DNA of 64,000 nucleotides from an uncultured Trueperaceae bacterium (GCA_963799485.1 CAWCXJ010000008.1:32001-96000), one strand, 5' to 3'. Shown: positions 19,569 to 29,631, counted from the stretch's first letter. Translations and numbers: made by a program. Notes: generated by a model from the letters alone, not told the origin.

Positions 19569-19638
19569 AACGGAGCAGGTTCTAAGCCTGAATGCTCACT
19601 ATATCCTGCTTTGGTCAAGTTAAGAACGTCTCAAAAGG

Positions 19639-20970
19639 CTAAGCGGCGCGTTTTCTCAGGGTGTAAACGCCTAAAACCGAGTAGAAGCCGAGCCGTTTGT
19701 AGACGAAATACGACAGCAAAACGTTCCACGCCAGCGTGCCCAGAGCGGTGGCGACGGCGGCACCCGCGAGCCCCAACCTCGGAATGAGGAGCAGGTTGAG
19801 CGCGATGTTGGCAACCGCGCTGATGCCCACCACAAGCGCCGTGTCGCGCTCGTGTCCGGTCATGTTCAAGAGCATGGCGACGGTGCCGGTCGCGGCGTTA
19901 AAAAGCTGCCCGATGCTGAGAATCGTCAGGGTGGTGCGGGCGGCGGCGAACTCAGGGCCGGGGATGGCGAGAAATAGGCCACCCAAAAAGATAAAGGCCA
20001 GGGCAATCGGCAGTGACACGAGCGTGATGGTGCGGGTGCTACGGGCGACGGCGGACTCGAGCTGCCGCTGCTTGTTCTGCGCGTAAAGCCTCGCTAAGAG
20101 CGGCGCAAACGCCGTATTTACGGCGAGCAGTACCATCGCAATAAAGTCGGCCCCGCGTGAGGCGAACTGATAAAGTCCAACGTCGCCGGGTGTGCCAAGT
20201 GCGCCCAGCATCAAGATGCTGGTGCGGGCGTTGAGCACATACATCCCGCTGATGAGCATAAACGGGAGCGCGGTTTTGAGCCAGGAGCGTTCGTAGCTTG
20301 GCTTAGCCTCCGGCGCGTCCCGTAAAACACGGGCGAGCAGATACGCGCCGACTGAAAACGCGACGAGCGTCGCAGTGCAGAGCGCGGCAACCGCCCACGG
20401 CGCAGAAAACTGTAAGGAGAACCGGGGCAGTAAAAACCACGCCGACACGCTGAGGGCGACAATCAGCAGGGGCCGTAAAACCAGTTCGGGCCACTGCCCG
20501 CCGACAATGTGGTCGAAGCCGCGCATGGCGGCCTGCCGTAAAGTTGTCAAAGACATCAGCGGGAGCGCCGCCAAGATGAGGTACAAGCTCAGGCGCAGCG
20601 CGTCCCGGTCTCGAATTGCATACGTGACGAAAACGGCTCCGGCTCCGGCAACGAGGAGCGAAAAGCTCAGGACGGCGAGGTTGCCCCACCGTAAAAAGCC
20701 GTAAAGTTTGTCCCATTTTCCCTGCGCCCGGAAGACCGCGATTTCCCGAACCATAAACCTGTCCATGCCGAGGGCGGTCGGGACAGTCAGAAAGGTGAGC
20801 CACTCGAGCGCCAGCGCGTAGGTGCCGTAACCCTCAACGCCCAAAAGCCGCGCCAGAATCGTAGCGGTAACGAAGGTCAGGCCGGTCGAGACGATGCGGA
20901 GGCCGAAGGTAAAGACCGCGCCGCGCCCGGCACTGTTGGGGCGGTTCAGAAGGGTTTTAAGAGCGACCAT
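19639..20970 (-). CDS. Wzx-type oligosaccharide flippase
   Basis: ARLLGVEGYGTY, many TMs, NLLLIPRLGLAGAAVAT. Confidence 0.9.
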   Translation of the reverse strand: MVALKTLLNRPNSAGRGAVFTFGLRIVSTGLTFVTATILARLLGVEGYGTYALALEWLTFLTVPTALGMDRFMVREIAVFRAQGKWDKLYGFLRWGNLAVLSFSLLVAGAGAVFVTYAIRDRDALRLSLYLILAALPLMSLTTLRQAAMRGFDHIVGGQWPELVLRPLLIVALSVSAWFLLPRFSLQFSAPWAVAALCTATLVAFSVGAYLLARVLRDAPEAKPSYERSWLKTALPFMLISGMYVLNARTSILMLGALGTPGDVGLYQFASRGADFIAMVLLAVNTAFAPLLARLYAQNKQRQLESAVARSTRTITLVSLPIALAFIFLGGLFLAIPGPEFAAARTTLTILSIGQLFNAATGTVAMLLNMTGHERDTALVVGISAVANIALNLLLIPRLGLAGAAVATALGTLAWNVLLSYFVYKRLGFYSVLGVYTLRKRAA

Positions 20971-21073
20971 AAAAACGGTGCATCATAACGCGAAATCCTT
21001 TGTGGCGCACGGTTGGGCTAGAAGTGCTGAACCGGGTAAAAGATTCGTGCTGAACGCGCTGTACGTCTCGATT

Positions 21074-22411
21074 CTAGCGGGGGTTTTTGTCACACCGCTG
21101 TTTTTCTAGCAACGGCAGCTCGAGCGTAAACACCGCGCCCCCCTCACGCCGGTTTTGCGCTGCCAGAGTGCCCCCGTGCCACACCGCAATGCTCCGAGCG
21201 AGCGCCAGCCCCAACCCGCTGCCTGACTGCCGGTGACGCACGTCCGCCTGATAAAACCGTTCAAAAAGGTGCCCCAGCGCTTCTGCCGGAATCCCCGGCC
21301 CGCTGTCCCAGACGTAGAGACGGGCTACAGCGTCCTGTCTTTCGACCGTAACGCCGACCTGTCCGGTATCGGTGAATTTAAGCGCATTCTCCAGCAGATT
21401 ACGGATGAGTAAGCCCAGCGCTACCCGGTCGCCCGCAACCGGCACCTCGTCCGGGAGGTTTAGCTCGAGCCCCAAGCCTTTTCCCTGAAATAAAGGCCGC
21501 AGCAACTCGCTCACCTCGAAGGCGATTTCGTCGAGCAGGGCGGGTTCTAAATGAAAGCCCTGACCGGCGTCGGTGCGGGCCAATAAGAGCAGCTTTTCAA
21601 CAAGTCCCAGCAGTTCATCGCTAGCGACTAGGGCGGCATTTAGTGAAGCCTGCACCTTGCTCCCCTGAGATTTTTCTACGGCTTGCTCGAGCCGCCCCCG
21701 TAAAACCGTCAGCGGTGTGCGGAGTTCGTGGGCGGCGTCGGCGGTAAACCGGCGTTCGCTCTCGATCACGTCGGCGAGGGTCGCCAACAGGGTGTTGGTC
21801 GCCTGCGACAAGCGCCACAGTTCGTCTTGGTTGTTCGGTTCCGGCAAGCGCTCGCCCCACGCCCGCCGGGTGGCTAAGGCGAGCGCCGCGTCCGTCATAT
21901 GACGCACCGGCGTCAGGGCCTGACCGGAAAAAACGTAGCCCAACCCGAACGCCAAAAGCACGGCGAGGGGTGCCAAAACCGCAAAGCTGAGGTCGAAACG
22001 GCGCACACTCTCCGTGATGCTGCGCGTGTCTTGCAGGATCTGCAAGGTGACGCCCTGAAGGGATTCGCTCCACACCCGCCACTCCCCTTGCGTCGACAAA
22101 CCCGCTGCTATACGGGGCAGAGGCGTCGGTACGCGCCCCAAACTGTCGAGTACCTGTCCGTTCGCGCCGACCAAGACGGCGACCAAATCTGCTGAAAGTT
22201 GTGGTATAACGTCGTTTTCGGGGCGCAATTTGAGCACGCTGTCTTCTTGTTCGATAAATCCTGAGAGCAAACTCGCGGCTTGTTGCAGATTTTCGTCGAG
22301 GCTGCGGTAGAGACCCCTGGCGAGCAGAAGATGCAAGCCCACGCCACTTACTGCCAGAACAAGTGCGACCAGCAGCGTATAAAAAAGGGTCAGACGGAGC
22401 CGAAGCGTCAC
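21074..22411 (-). CDS. Sensor histidine kinase (HAMP-HisKA-HATPase)
   Basis: AAHELRTPL, NLLENALK, DSGPGI and GSGLGL motifs; two TMs. Confidence 0.95.
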   Translation of the reverse strand: MTLRLRLTLFYTLLVALVLAVSGVGLHLLLARGLYRSLDENLQQAASLLSGFIEQEDSVLKLRPENDVIPQLSADLVAVLVGANGQVLDSLGRVPTPLPRIAAGLSTQGEWRVWSESLQGVTLQILQDTRSITESVRRFDLSFAVLAPLAVLLAFGLGYVFSGQALTPVRHMTDAALALATRRAWGERLPEPNNQDELWRLSQATNTLLATLADVIESERRFTADAAHELRTPLTVLRGRLEQAVEKSQGSKVQASLNAALVASDELLGLVEKLLLLARTDAGQGFHLEPALLDEIAFEVSELLRPLFQGKGLGLELNLPDEVPVAGDRVALGLLIRNLLENALKFTDTGQVGVTVERQDAVARLYVWDSGPGIPAEALGHLFERFYQADVRHRQSGSGLGLALARSIAVWHGGTLAAQNRREGGAVFTLELPLLEKQRCDKNPR

Positions 22412-22413
22412 CC

Positions 22414-23070
22414 TCAGCCCCGAAACCTGTAACCCAGGTTTCGCACCGTTTCGATGGCGTCGTCGCCGAGTTTGCGCCGCAGGTAGCGGATGTAGGTATC
22501 GACCGTGCGCGGGTCGATGCTGGTGTCACCGGGCCAGACGTGCTCCAAAAGCGTGTCGCGGGTGTAGTAGCCCCCTGCGTTGAGGGCTAAAAACTCGAGC
22601 ACCGCAAACTCTCGCCCCGACAAGCGCACCTCGTTACCGGCAAACCAGACCCGTTTTTGCGCGACCTCGAGCGCGAGCCGTCCGACCGTGACCTGATTGC
22701 TGGCTTCACCTTGTGAGCGCCGCAGCAGCGCCCGGACACGCGCCCGCAGTTCAGTGAGATGAAAGGGCTTAACCAGATAATCGTCCGCACCGAGCTCGAG
22801 CCCCTTCACCCGGTCGTCAACGCCGTCACGGGCCGTCAGCATCAACACCGGCACCTTTTGCCCCCCACCCCGCAACCGCTCGATGATTTCAAAGCCGTTG
22901 TAACCGGGCAGCATCAGGTCGAGGACTACGAGGTCGTAGGGAAAACTCGCCAGCAGTTCCAGCGCTTCGTCGCCGTCTTGTGCCCAGTCGAGCGCGTAAC
23001 CCTGGTCGCGCAAATCGTCGCACACGAGGTCGCCGACGCCCCGGTCGTCTTCAACGACGAGTACGCGCAT
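22414..23070 (-). CDS. OmpR-family response regulator
   Basis: VEDD, DLMLPG, GADDYLVKPF; winged helix LRRKL..ETVRNLGY. Confidence 0.96.
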   Translation of the reverse strand: MRVLVVEDDRGVGDLVCDDLRDQGYALDWAQDGDEALELLASFPYDLVVLDLMLPGYNGFEIIERLRGGGQKVPVLMLTARDGVDDRVKGLELGADDYLVKPFHLTELRARVRALLRRSQGEASNQVTVGRLALEVAQKRVWFAGNEVRLSGREFAVLEFLALNAGGYYTRDTLLEHVWPGDTSIDPRTVDTYIRYLRRKLGDDAIETVRNLGYRFRG

Positions 23071-23701
23071 AGACGAGGTTCACCCCCAACACCCACGCCG
23101 CCGAGAGCGCCCAGCCTGCCAAAACGTCCGACGGGTAGTGGACTTGGAGGACAAGTCGTGAAAGCCCGATACCGAGGGTGAAGAGTGCGCCGAGTACCCC
23201 GGCAAGCCAGCGCCAGCGGGGAAACAGTTTTGCAACCAGCAGATAGACCGCCAGGAAAAACGCTGCACTCCCCATCGCGTGCCCGCTCGGAAACGAATAG
23301 CCCGGTGCCGGGGTGAGCTGCTCGAAGAGTGCGGGCCGAACTCGAGCAAAAAAGAGCTTGAACAGCACGTTTAAGAGCATCGCCCCGCCCAGACCCACAG
23401 CTAGAAAGACGGCGGCCCCGCGCTCACGCGCCCGCCACCAGAGCAGCACCACCGCCGCCACTGCCACCGCGCCCAGCACCGGCGGTGAACCAAAATCGGT
23501 AAAGGCTCGAGCCGTGCCGATCAGGAGCGGGGACGCGTGCGTGCCGAACCAGTTCAAGATGGGTTGGTCGAAAAAAAACCCCTCTTTCTCGTAGACTTCA
23601 CTGGCAAACTGACCAAATAAAAAAAGCGCCGCCAGCAACACCCCCCAATAGATCAGGAGCGAACCGCGCAGGTCGGGGAGATATTTTCGTAGTGTCGTCA
23701 T
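23051..23701 (-). CDS. PAP2-family phosphatase (candidate undecaprenyl-PP phosphatase)
   Basis: K..RVRP, SFPSGH, SRLVLQVHYPSD. Confidence 0.93.
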   Translation of the reverse strand: MTTLRKYLPDLRGSLLIYWGVLLAALFLFGQFASEVYEKEGFFFDQPILNWFGTHASPLLIGTARAFTDFGSPPVLGAVAVAAVVLLWWRARERGAAVFLAVGLGGAMLLNVLFKLFFARVRPALFEQLTPAPGYSFPSGHAMGSAAFFLAVYLLVAKLFPRWRWLAGVLGALFTLGIGLSRLVLQVHYPSDVLAGWALSAAWVLGVNLVYARTRR

Positions 23702-23774
23702 GTCAACCCTCGGTTCTAAGTCAAATTTGACTCAAATTTAAGGCAAAGTCGCGTTCGACTTTTGACTCAGAGAC

Positions 23775-23806
23775 ACCCTACAGCGCCAATGTTAAACGAA
23801 TGTTGG
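23775..23806 (-). promoter_or_regulatory. Putative response-regulator box plus -10 (PAP2-RR-HK promoter)
   Basis: Minus strand CCAACATT-cgttt-AACATT-N7-TAGGGT. Confidence 0.65.
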
Positions 23807-23855
23807 CGGCCGACCGGCGCCTCGAGCCGTTTCTTTTGTATCCGCGCTGTTCACG

Positions 23856-24647
23856 CTAGGGCCAGCCGAAAACCAGCAAGATGACGGTACCTGCGACGAT
23901 GCGGTAGACCGCGAAGCCTCTGAAGTCGTGTTTGGCAATGTAGCGCAAAAGCCAGCCGATAGCAAGGAGCGCCGTGATAAACGAAACGACCAGACCGACG
24001 GCGAGGTTGGTCAAGCCCGCGCCGCTGATACTGCCGATATCTTTGAGCAGCGAATACAGAGTCGCTGCGCCGAGGGTCGGCATCGCCAGATAAAACGAAA
24101 AACTCGTCGCTGCCGGACGCGTCAAACCGCTCAGCATTCCGCCGACGATGGTCGCGCCCGAGCGCGAGACGCCGGGAACGAGAGCCGTAAGCTGCGCCAA
24201 ACCGACAATCAGTGCTTGGCGCAGCGTAATTTGAGACGCGTCTTGCGTAGTCGGCTTTTTGGGAATCATTTCGACTACCCAGAGGACGATACCCCCGACA
24301 ATCAGCGACACGGCGACGACCTGCGGCGAAAACAAAACGCGTTCGATGTAGTTGCTCAGCAGCAAGCCGACGACGGCAGCAGGGATAAAGGCCAGTACAA
24401 TGCCCAGCCAGAAACGCCGAACGCTGCGGTCGTGTGGCAGTTGCCGAGCCTGCCCCAGTAACGCCTGCCGGTAAAACCAGACGACGGCGAAAACCGCGCC
24501 CAGCTGAATGATGATTTCAAACGCCGCTGCTGAATTAAACCTCAGCAGGTCGGCGGCGACGATAAGGTGTCCGGTCGATGAAATCGGCAAGAACTCGGTA
24601 ACGCCCTCGACGATACCGAGCACAGCTGCAGCTAAGGGGTTGGTCAT
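23856..24647 (-). CDS. uppP: Undecaprenyl-diphosphate phosphatase
   Basis: GIVEGVTEFLPISSTGH and PGVSRSG motifs; ATG 24647 with AAAGG RBS. Confidence 0.96.
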   Translation of the reverse strand: MTNPLAAAVLGIVEGVTEFLPISSTGHLIVAADLLRFNSAAAFEIIIQLGAVFAVVWFYRQALLGQARQLPHDRSVRRFWLGIVLAFIPAAVVGLLLSNYIERVLFSPQVVAVSLIVGGIVLWVVEMIPKKPTTQDASQITLRQALIVGLAQLTALVPGVSRSGATIVGGMLSGLTRPAATSFSFYLAMPTLGAATLYSLLKDIGSISGAGLTNLAVGLVVSFITALLAIGWLLRYIAKHDFRGFAVYRIVAGTVILLVFGWP

Positions 24648-24698
24648 CAATACCTTTCTGTGTTTACGATGAGGTGGTGGGCCGGGTTCGGCCTCAAC

Positions 24699-24787
24699 TA
24701 CGAACGGACAATACGCGTCGGCAGCCAGTGCCGCCGGGGAGCTGTAGAGTCGTTTGACCTTCAATACGAACGGACAGTACGAACGGA
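24699..24787. repeat. Three direct repeats TACGAACGGA(CA) upstream of uppP
   Basis: 24699-24710, 24765-24776, 24778-24787. Confidence 0.8.
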
Positions 24788-24843
24788 GGCCACGTTACTT
24801 AAGCTTGGGTATAACACGCCACCGACTCGAGGCCCACCAAAGT

Positions 24844-24875
24844 CGGCTCGCCCGTTGGTACCAACGGGCGAGCCG
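24844..24875. repeat. Perfect 32-bp palindrome
   Basis: CGGCTCGCCCGTTGGTACCAACGGGCGAGCCG, just after the permease stop. Confidence 0.9.
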
Positions 24876-24908
24876 TACCGAAGGTGGTTGTGCCGCCAGG
24901 TTTTACTG

Positions 24909-27575
24909 CTAAAGGTCGCGGAGTGCCTGTACGACCGGTTTGCGCGCCGTGACGCGGGCGCTGAGAATAGCCAGTACGGTTGCTGCCGCTGCTGCGCTTA
25001 TCAGCTCGAGCAGGTACAGCCACGGCACGGAGAGCGCTTCGGGGGGCGGATCGAACACGCCGGTCAAGACCTTGACGAGCATCTCGGCGACGCCGAAACC
25101 CGTCAGCAACCCGACGACCGCGCCGCTTAGCAGCACAAACAACCCTTCACTCCACAAGAACGCGCCGAGTTGCGCCGACTTTGCGCCGAGCGCGCTCAGG
25201 ATGGCAAAGGTGCGCCGCCGTTCAGCCAAACCGAGCGCCAGTACCAGCCCGGAAGCCGCTGCCAGCAGGACAAAGGCGAAGGTCAGCTCGAGCCGGGTCA
25301 GCCCTTTAAGGTCGACGGCGGTGAGGCTCGAGCTGATTAACGTTTGTGCCTGCGTGAGGCTCGAGACTTTCGCACCGGGCAGTGAACGAACAAGGGGCGC
25401 TGCCGCCTTGACAACACCTGCTGCATTTTGCGTCTTGAGCAGTACGACCTCAGCCGCACCTCTACCCGTCTGCTGCGCGATATAGCCCGCGTTGGCGACC
25501 AGAAACGAATCTTTGGGCGCAGTTGGAAACTCTCTAGCGACCCCGACGAAGGTAAAGGGAACAGTGTGGTACTTGTTATCTTTGGCATTTTGCAAACGCA
25601 GGTTGATGCGGTCGCCGACCTGCAGCTGAAAATCCCGGACGGTCTCTTCGGAAACCAAAACACCGTCCGGATTGCTGCTGAGCGCCCCCAAGGTAGCCTG
25701 CGCGTCGCCGCCCTTAAAGTAGGCGTTTGACATCACCGTCGCCGCACCGATGTGGTTTGGGTTGATGCCGTAAAGGTCTTGCAGGTCGTTGCCGACGTAG
25801 GCGAAACGGTGTTGCATGGGCGCGGCGGCCTGGACGCCGGGGAGCGCGGCAAAGGCCGCAAGTTTTGTGCCTGCCGGTGCTGCCGTCGTGCCAGTAACGG
25901 TGACATCTGCACCGTTGGTCAGCAGCGCGTCGACCCTGGACTGCCCGTTATAGGTCGTGTTAAAAACCGCCGTGGACGCCGCAAATGAGAAGGCTAGTGC
26001 GACCAGCACCACGCCGCCGGCGACGCGCCGCCGTTGCCGCCCCAAAGAGGCTGCGACAGTGCCGGAGAGCTGGCGCGCCACCGGACGAAGGAGACCGGCT
26101 AGAAGGTACGAACCCCGACTTAACAGCAGATTCCACAGGCGGAGGGTGAGCAGTCCTGCGCCGAGCCACAAAAAGACCGGCGCGATAAACGCCGTGTAAT
26201 TGACCGAAGTCTGCGCGACCCCCTCGGGAGCCAGCACCACCTGATACCCACTCTTCGCCGTTTGCCAGAACACCACCCCTGCGAGTGCCAGAAAGAGCAC
26301 GTCGAGGTAGAGGCGTTCCCAGAGCGGAGAGGCGGCGTGACCGACAACCGCTCTGGCTGACGCGACCGTCTCACCCCGGAGCGCCCGCCAAGCCGGCAGC
26401 ATCACGGCAGCGGCGGCCAGCAAGAAACCGACCAGTGCGGCGGCGACGAGCCAAACACCGACACCTGCAGCTGTCCCTAAGTTCGTTCCGAGAAGCGCCC
26501 ACGACGCTGCAAACGCGAGTAAAAAACCGAGTACGATGCCCGTTACACCTACCGCCAGGGCTTCAAACCCCGCCAGCCGTAAAAGTTGCGGGCTCGAGGC
26601 TCCCCGCGTCCGTAACAGCGCCTGTTCCTGACGTCGCCGCGCCTGACCCGAAGCGGTTACTGCCAGCGTCAACAGCGCCGCGAGCAGCGCGCCCGGTGTG
26701 CCTAAAAAGAGAAACAGCACGCGGGCGTAGAGGGCGTCGCCGCGCGCACCGTCTAACCGGGCTGCCAGATTGTCGGCAACCGAACCGTTTCCGGCGATGC
26801 GGGCCTCGAGGTTTTTCGCGCGTCCCGTTACGTCCAGATAAGCCGCGCCCGGGTCGTTCGGCAGCGCGCCGCGACCAAGCCGCACGTGCAGCTGCGTCCG
26901 CACCGAGTCGGGCCTGACCTTGGCTTGCGGGTCAAAAAGGGTGCGCCACTGCGCCGCCGGGAGCAGCACCACGTTGTCCGGGGGTGCTTGCGGGGCGCTG
27001 CCGGGCGGGACGCCGACGGCTTGAAACATCGAATCGGCGTTGGGAAGTTCGACGACGCCTGCCACCTTGACCTGAACCGGCGGCAGTCCCACACGCATGA
27101 TTTTTACCGTGTCACCGACGGTGACGTGCAAATTCGCCGCCGTCTGCTGCGCGACCAGAGCGCCCTGAAGCGAGCCGACGAGCGAACGCACCTGACCGGG
27201 AAACTTGGCGAAGTAAGCTTGCGGCAACCCCAAGACCTTACCCGGCCCGGTTGTTTGCACGGTGGTCTGTGCAGCGCCGCCTGTTTGGGCCTCGAGCCCG
27301 GCAGTCTGGGCGTAGCCGACCTGCGCGGTAGTCTGTACGGGGGTCGCCTGCTGAAGTGCCGTGAGTACCGTTTTGGGCGCAGTTCCCGGCGTGAGCTGAA
27401 CTTGCCAGTCGACCGGGACGGTCGCCACCGCCCGCCGCGTCATGCTCGCCGAACCGGAGACGATAAACGCCGCCAAGGACATCAGTAGTGCGACGGTCAG
27501 CGCAATCCCGGTCACGGTACCGAAAAGCCGCACCGGACGGCGTTTTAAGAGCCCTTTAAGCCATAACCGGGTCAT
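24909..27575 (-). CDS. FtsX/MacB-like (type VII) ABC permease, duplicated architecture
   Basis: RRRQEQALLRTRGA and ERRRTFAILSALGA motifs; two extracytoplasmic domains; start MTRLWL at 27575. Confidence 0.9.
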   Translation of the reverse strand: MTRLWLKGLLKRRPVRLFGTVTGIALTVALLMSLAAFIVSGSASMTRRAVATVPVDWQVQLTPGTAPKTVLTALQQATPVQTTAQVGYAQTAGLEAQTGGAAQTTVQTTGPGKVLGLPQAYFAKFPGQVRSLVGSLQGALVAQQTAANLHVTVGDTVKIMRVGLPPVQVKVAGVVELPNADSMFQAVGVPPGSAPQAPPDNVVLLPAAQWRTLFDPQAKVRPDSVRTQLHVRLGRGALPNDPGAAYLDVTGRAKNLEARIAGNGSVADNLAARLDGARGDALYARVLFLFLGTPGALLAALLTLAVTASGQARRRQEQALLRTRGASSPQLLRLAGFEALAVGVTGIVLGFLLAFAASWALLGTNLGTAAGVGVWLVAAALVGFLLAAAAVMLPAWRALRGETVASARAVVGHAASPLWERLYLDVLFLALAGVVFWQTAKSGYQVVLAPEGVAQTSVNYTAFIAPVFLWLGAGLLTLRLWNLLLSRGSYLLAGLLRPVARQLSGTVAASLGRQRRRVAGGVVLVALAFSFAASTAVFNTTYNGQSRVDALLTNGADVTVTGTTAAPAGTKLAAFAALPGVQAAAPMQHRFAYVGNDLQDLYGINPNHIGAATVMSNAYFKGGDAQATLGALSSNPDGVLVSEETVRDFQLQVGDRINLRLQNAKDNKYHTVPFTFVGVAREFPTAPKDSFLVANAGYIAQQTGRGAAEVVLLKTQNAAGVVKAAAPLVRSLPGAKVSSLTQAQTLISSSLTAVDLKGLTRLELTFAFVLLAAASGLVLALGLAERRRTFAILSALGAKSAQLGAFLWSEGLFVLLSGAVVGLLTGFGVAEMLVKVLTGVFDPPPEALSVPWLYLLELISAAAAATVLAILSARVTARKPVVQALRDL

Positions 27576-28270
27576 GCTGAGACCGCCTCTCGTTGAAACT
27601 CGTGCAGGGCGGGCTCGAGCCTGCCAAACCGCATGTGCCACACCTCACGCAACCTGTCGACCACCCGCATATCGTGGGTTGCTACGACAAGTGCTGTGTC
27701 GGTTCCCTCAAGCGCCCTCAACCACACATCGAAGAGGTGCGCGGCGGTCGGCCCGTCGAGCTGCCCGGTGGGTTCGTCGGCCAAGATGAGTTTGGGGCTG
27801 TAGGCGAGCGCCCGCGCGACCCCGACCCGCTGCGCCTGCCCGCCGGAGAGTTCTTCGGGCAATTTGTCGGCGAGGGGGGCTAGCTCAAGACGGCCCAACA
27901 CTGCCAGAGCCGCCGAACGAGCGTCGCCCTTACCCGCCAAAATAAGGGGTAGCTCGACATTTTCCACAACGCTCAAAGAAGGAACCAAACTGGGCGTTTG
28001 AAAGACAAAGGCGACTTGTTCAGGGCGCAGCTGCGCGCGCGACCCGAGCGCGGGCCAGGTGACGGTGCCGGAGGTAGGCGTCTCGAGCCCTCCCATCAGG
28101 TGCAAAAGCGTGGATTTACCGCTTCCCGAAGGGCCGACGAGCGCAATCCGCGCACCGGGATACACATCACACGTTGCCGACGCGAGCGCCGTAACGGGTT
28201 CGTGACCCTGCGCGTAGACCCTGCTTGCCTGCCGAACGGAAACGAGAGGTTTCGTCATAAGGCTAGTCAT
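27572..28270 (-). CDS. ABC ATP-binding protein (LolD/MacB-like)
   Basis: GPSGSGKS, LSGGQAQR, ADEPT. Confidence 0.95.
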   Translation of the reverse strand: MTSLMTKPLVSVRQASRVYAQGHEPVTALASATCDVYPGARIALVGPSGSGKSTLLHLMGGLETPTSGTVTWPALGSRAQLRPEQVAFVFQTPSLVPSLSVVENVELPLILAGKGDARSAALAVLGRLELAPLADKLPEELSGGQAQRVGVARALAYSPKLILADEPTGQLDGPTAAHLFDVWLRALEGTDTALVVATHDMRVVDRLREVWHMRFGRLEPALHEFQREAVSA

Positions 28271-28937
28271 AGGAGATGCTCCCATCGCTCAGCTGAACGG
28301 TGCGGTCGGCGTGCGCCGCCAGCGCCGGACTGTGCGTGGCAATCAGCGCGGCGTAGCCCTGCTGCCTGCGAGCCTCGAGCATGTCCAGCAACAAGGCTTC
28401 GGTTTCGGCGTCTACCTCGCCGGTCGGTTCGTCGGCCAAGAGTACCGCAGGGTCGGCGGCAAGCGCGACGGCAAGTCCTGCCCGCGCCGTTTCGCCGCCT
28501 GAGAGTTCGGCGGGGTAGGCCGTGCGGCGACCTGTTAGCCCTACCGCCTCCAAAAGCTCAGTGATACGTGCTTGGCTGGGTTTGTGGGCGAGTTGCAAAG
28601 ACATCATCACGTTTTCTTCAACGTTGAGATGCCCGAGCAGGTTGCCGGACTGGAGCAAAATCCCGATGTGCTCGGCTCGCAATCCGGCCCGCACGGTTTC
28701 GGGGCGGCGCGTCAAACGTTCGCCCAGCAGCTCGACGTGACCCCCGTCGGGCTCATCAAGCCCCGCCAGACACGCCAGTAGCGTCGATTTGCCGCTACCG
28801 GACGGCCCCATCACTGCGACGGTTTCACCTCGGCGCAACTCCATACTTACACCGCGCAGCGCGAGCGTTTCCGCTTCAGGCGTGTGAAAAAAACGGTAGA
28901 GGTCGTGCGCTGCCAGAACGGTTCTTTGGGTGTCCAT
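28263..28937 (-). CDS. ABC ATP-binding protein (LolD/MacB-like)
   Basis: GPSGSGKS, LSGGE, ADEPT. Confidence 0.95.
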   Translation of the reverse strand: MDTQRTVLAAHDLYRFFHTPEAETLALRGVSMELRRGETVAVMGPSGSGKSTLLACLAGLDEPDGGHVELLGERLTRRPETVRAGLRAEHIGILLQSGNLLGHLNVEENVMMSLQLAHKPSQARITELLEAVGLTGRRTAYPAELSGGETARAGLAVALAADPAVLLADEPTGEVDAETEALLLDMLEARRQQGYAALIATHSPALAAHADRTVQLSDGSISYD

Positions 28938-28938
28938 C

Positions 28939-29526
28939 TCAGTTCCACCCGAAACTTTCGGACATGTAGCGCCACTGGTCAACGTTGTCGGCTCCGTAGG
29001 GCGCAGAAAAGGTCACGGCGACGAGCTCGCCGTTTTTGTAGAAAAGGTATTCGGTGTTCTCGAGCCGAATCTGCTTGTTCGTTACCGGGTTGGGTGCCGA
29101 GTTCGAGGCGTAGTCGATACGCACGGCTTGCCCACCCGGAAGCTGCACGGCTTGCGTGTTGCTGACCTGGACGGCCTGGTTTGAGGCCATCAGCGCCGCA
29201 ACCTGCGTTTGCTGAACGCTGGCGACGGTGGGTGCACTTTGTGCCGTACTCACCTGCACGTCGACGCTGCCGTACTTGTCGGCAAAATGAACGCTCTGCC
29301 CGTTTTCGGAGCGCGCCCAGCCTTCGGGAACCTCGAGGTGAAAGCCTTTGGGCGAAGTGTACGTGACAAATGCCTGCGTATCGGGAATATCACCGGGCGG
29401 ATTGGTTTCGGGCGCAATAGGCTGCTGCTGCGCCGGGAGAGGGGCGTTCGTCTGGGCCAAGGCGGGCGTCAATCCGGTAAGTGCAAGGGTGCCGGTGAGC
29501 AGATAGATAGTTAGTGGACGTTTCAT
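28939..29526 (-). CDS. Secreted PsbP/Mog1-like protein
   Basis: Signal peptide; NPPGDIPDTQAFV, FHLEVPEGW, GADNVDQW..SF motifs. Confidence 0.7.
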   Translation of the reverse strand: MKRPLTIYLLTGTLALTGLTPALAQTNAPLPAQQQPIAPETNPPGDIPDTQAFVTYTSPKGFHLEVPEGWARSENGQSVHFADKYGSVDVQVSTAQSAPTVASVQQTQVAALMASNQAVQVSNTQAVQLPGGQAVRIDYASNSAPNPVTNKQIRLENTEYLFYKNGELVAVTFSAPYGADNVDQWRYMSESFGWN

Positions 29527-29567
29527 GGTCTTCTCCTCTGTGCCGGTTTAGCCCCGGCGACCCGCTT

Positions 29568-29599
29568 ACCTTAAGAGCCGAATGTTGGAGGGAGGTTGA
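29568..29599 (-). promoter_or_regulatory. Putative response-regulator box plus -10 (ABC operon promoter)
   Basis: Minus strand TCAACCTC-cct-CCAACATT-N7-TAAGGT. Confidence 0.65.
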
Positions 29600-29631
29600 A
29601 GCTTTGCGCGTCCGCTGCGACGGCAGCCAAA

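Noticed and set aside
21621..22529. 302-aa alternate-frame ORF and similar Arg/Pro-rich shadow ORFs throughout
   Set aside because: They overlap well-supported genes and are expected in high-GC DNA.
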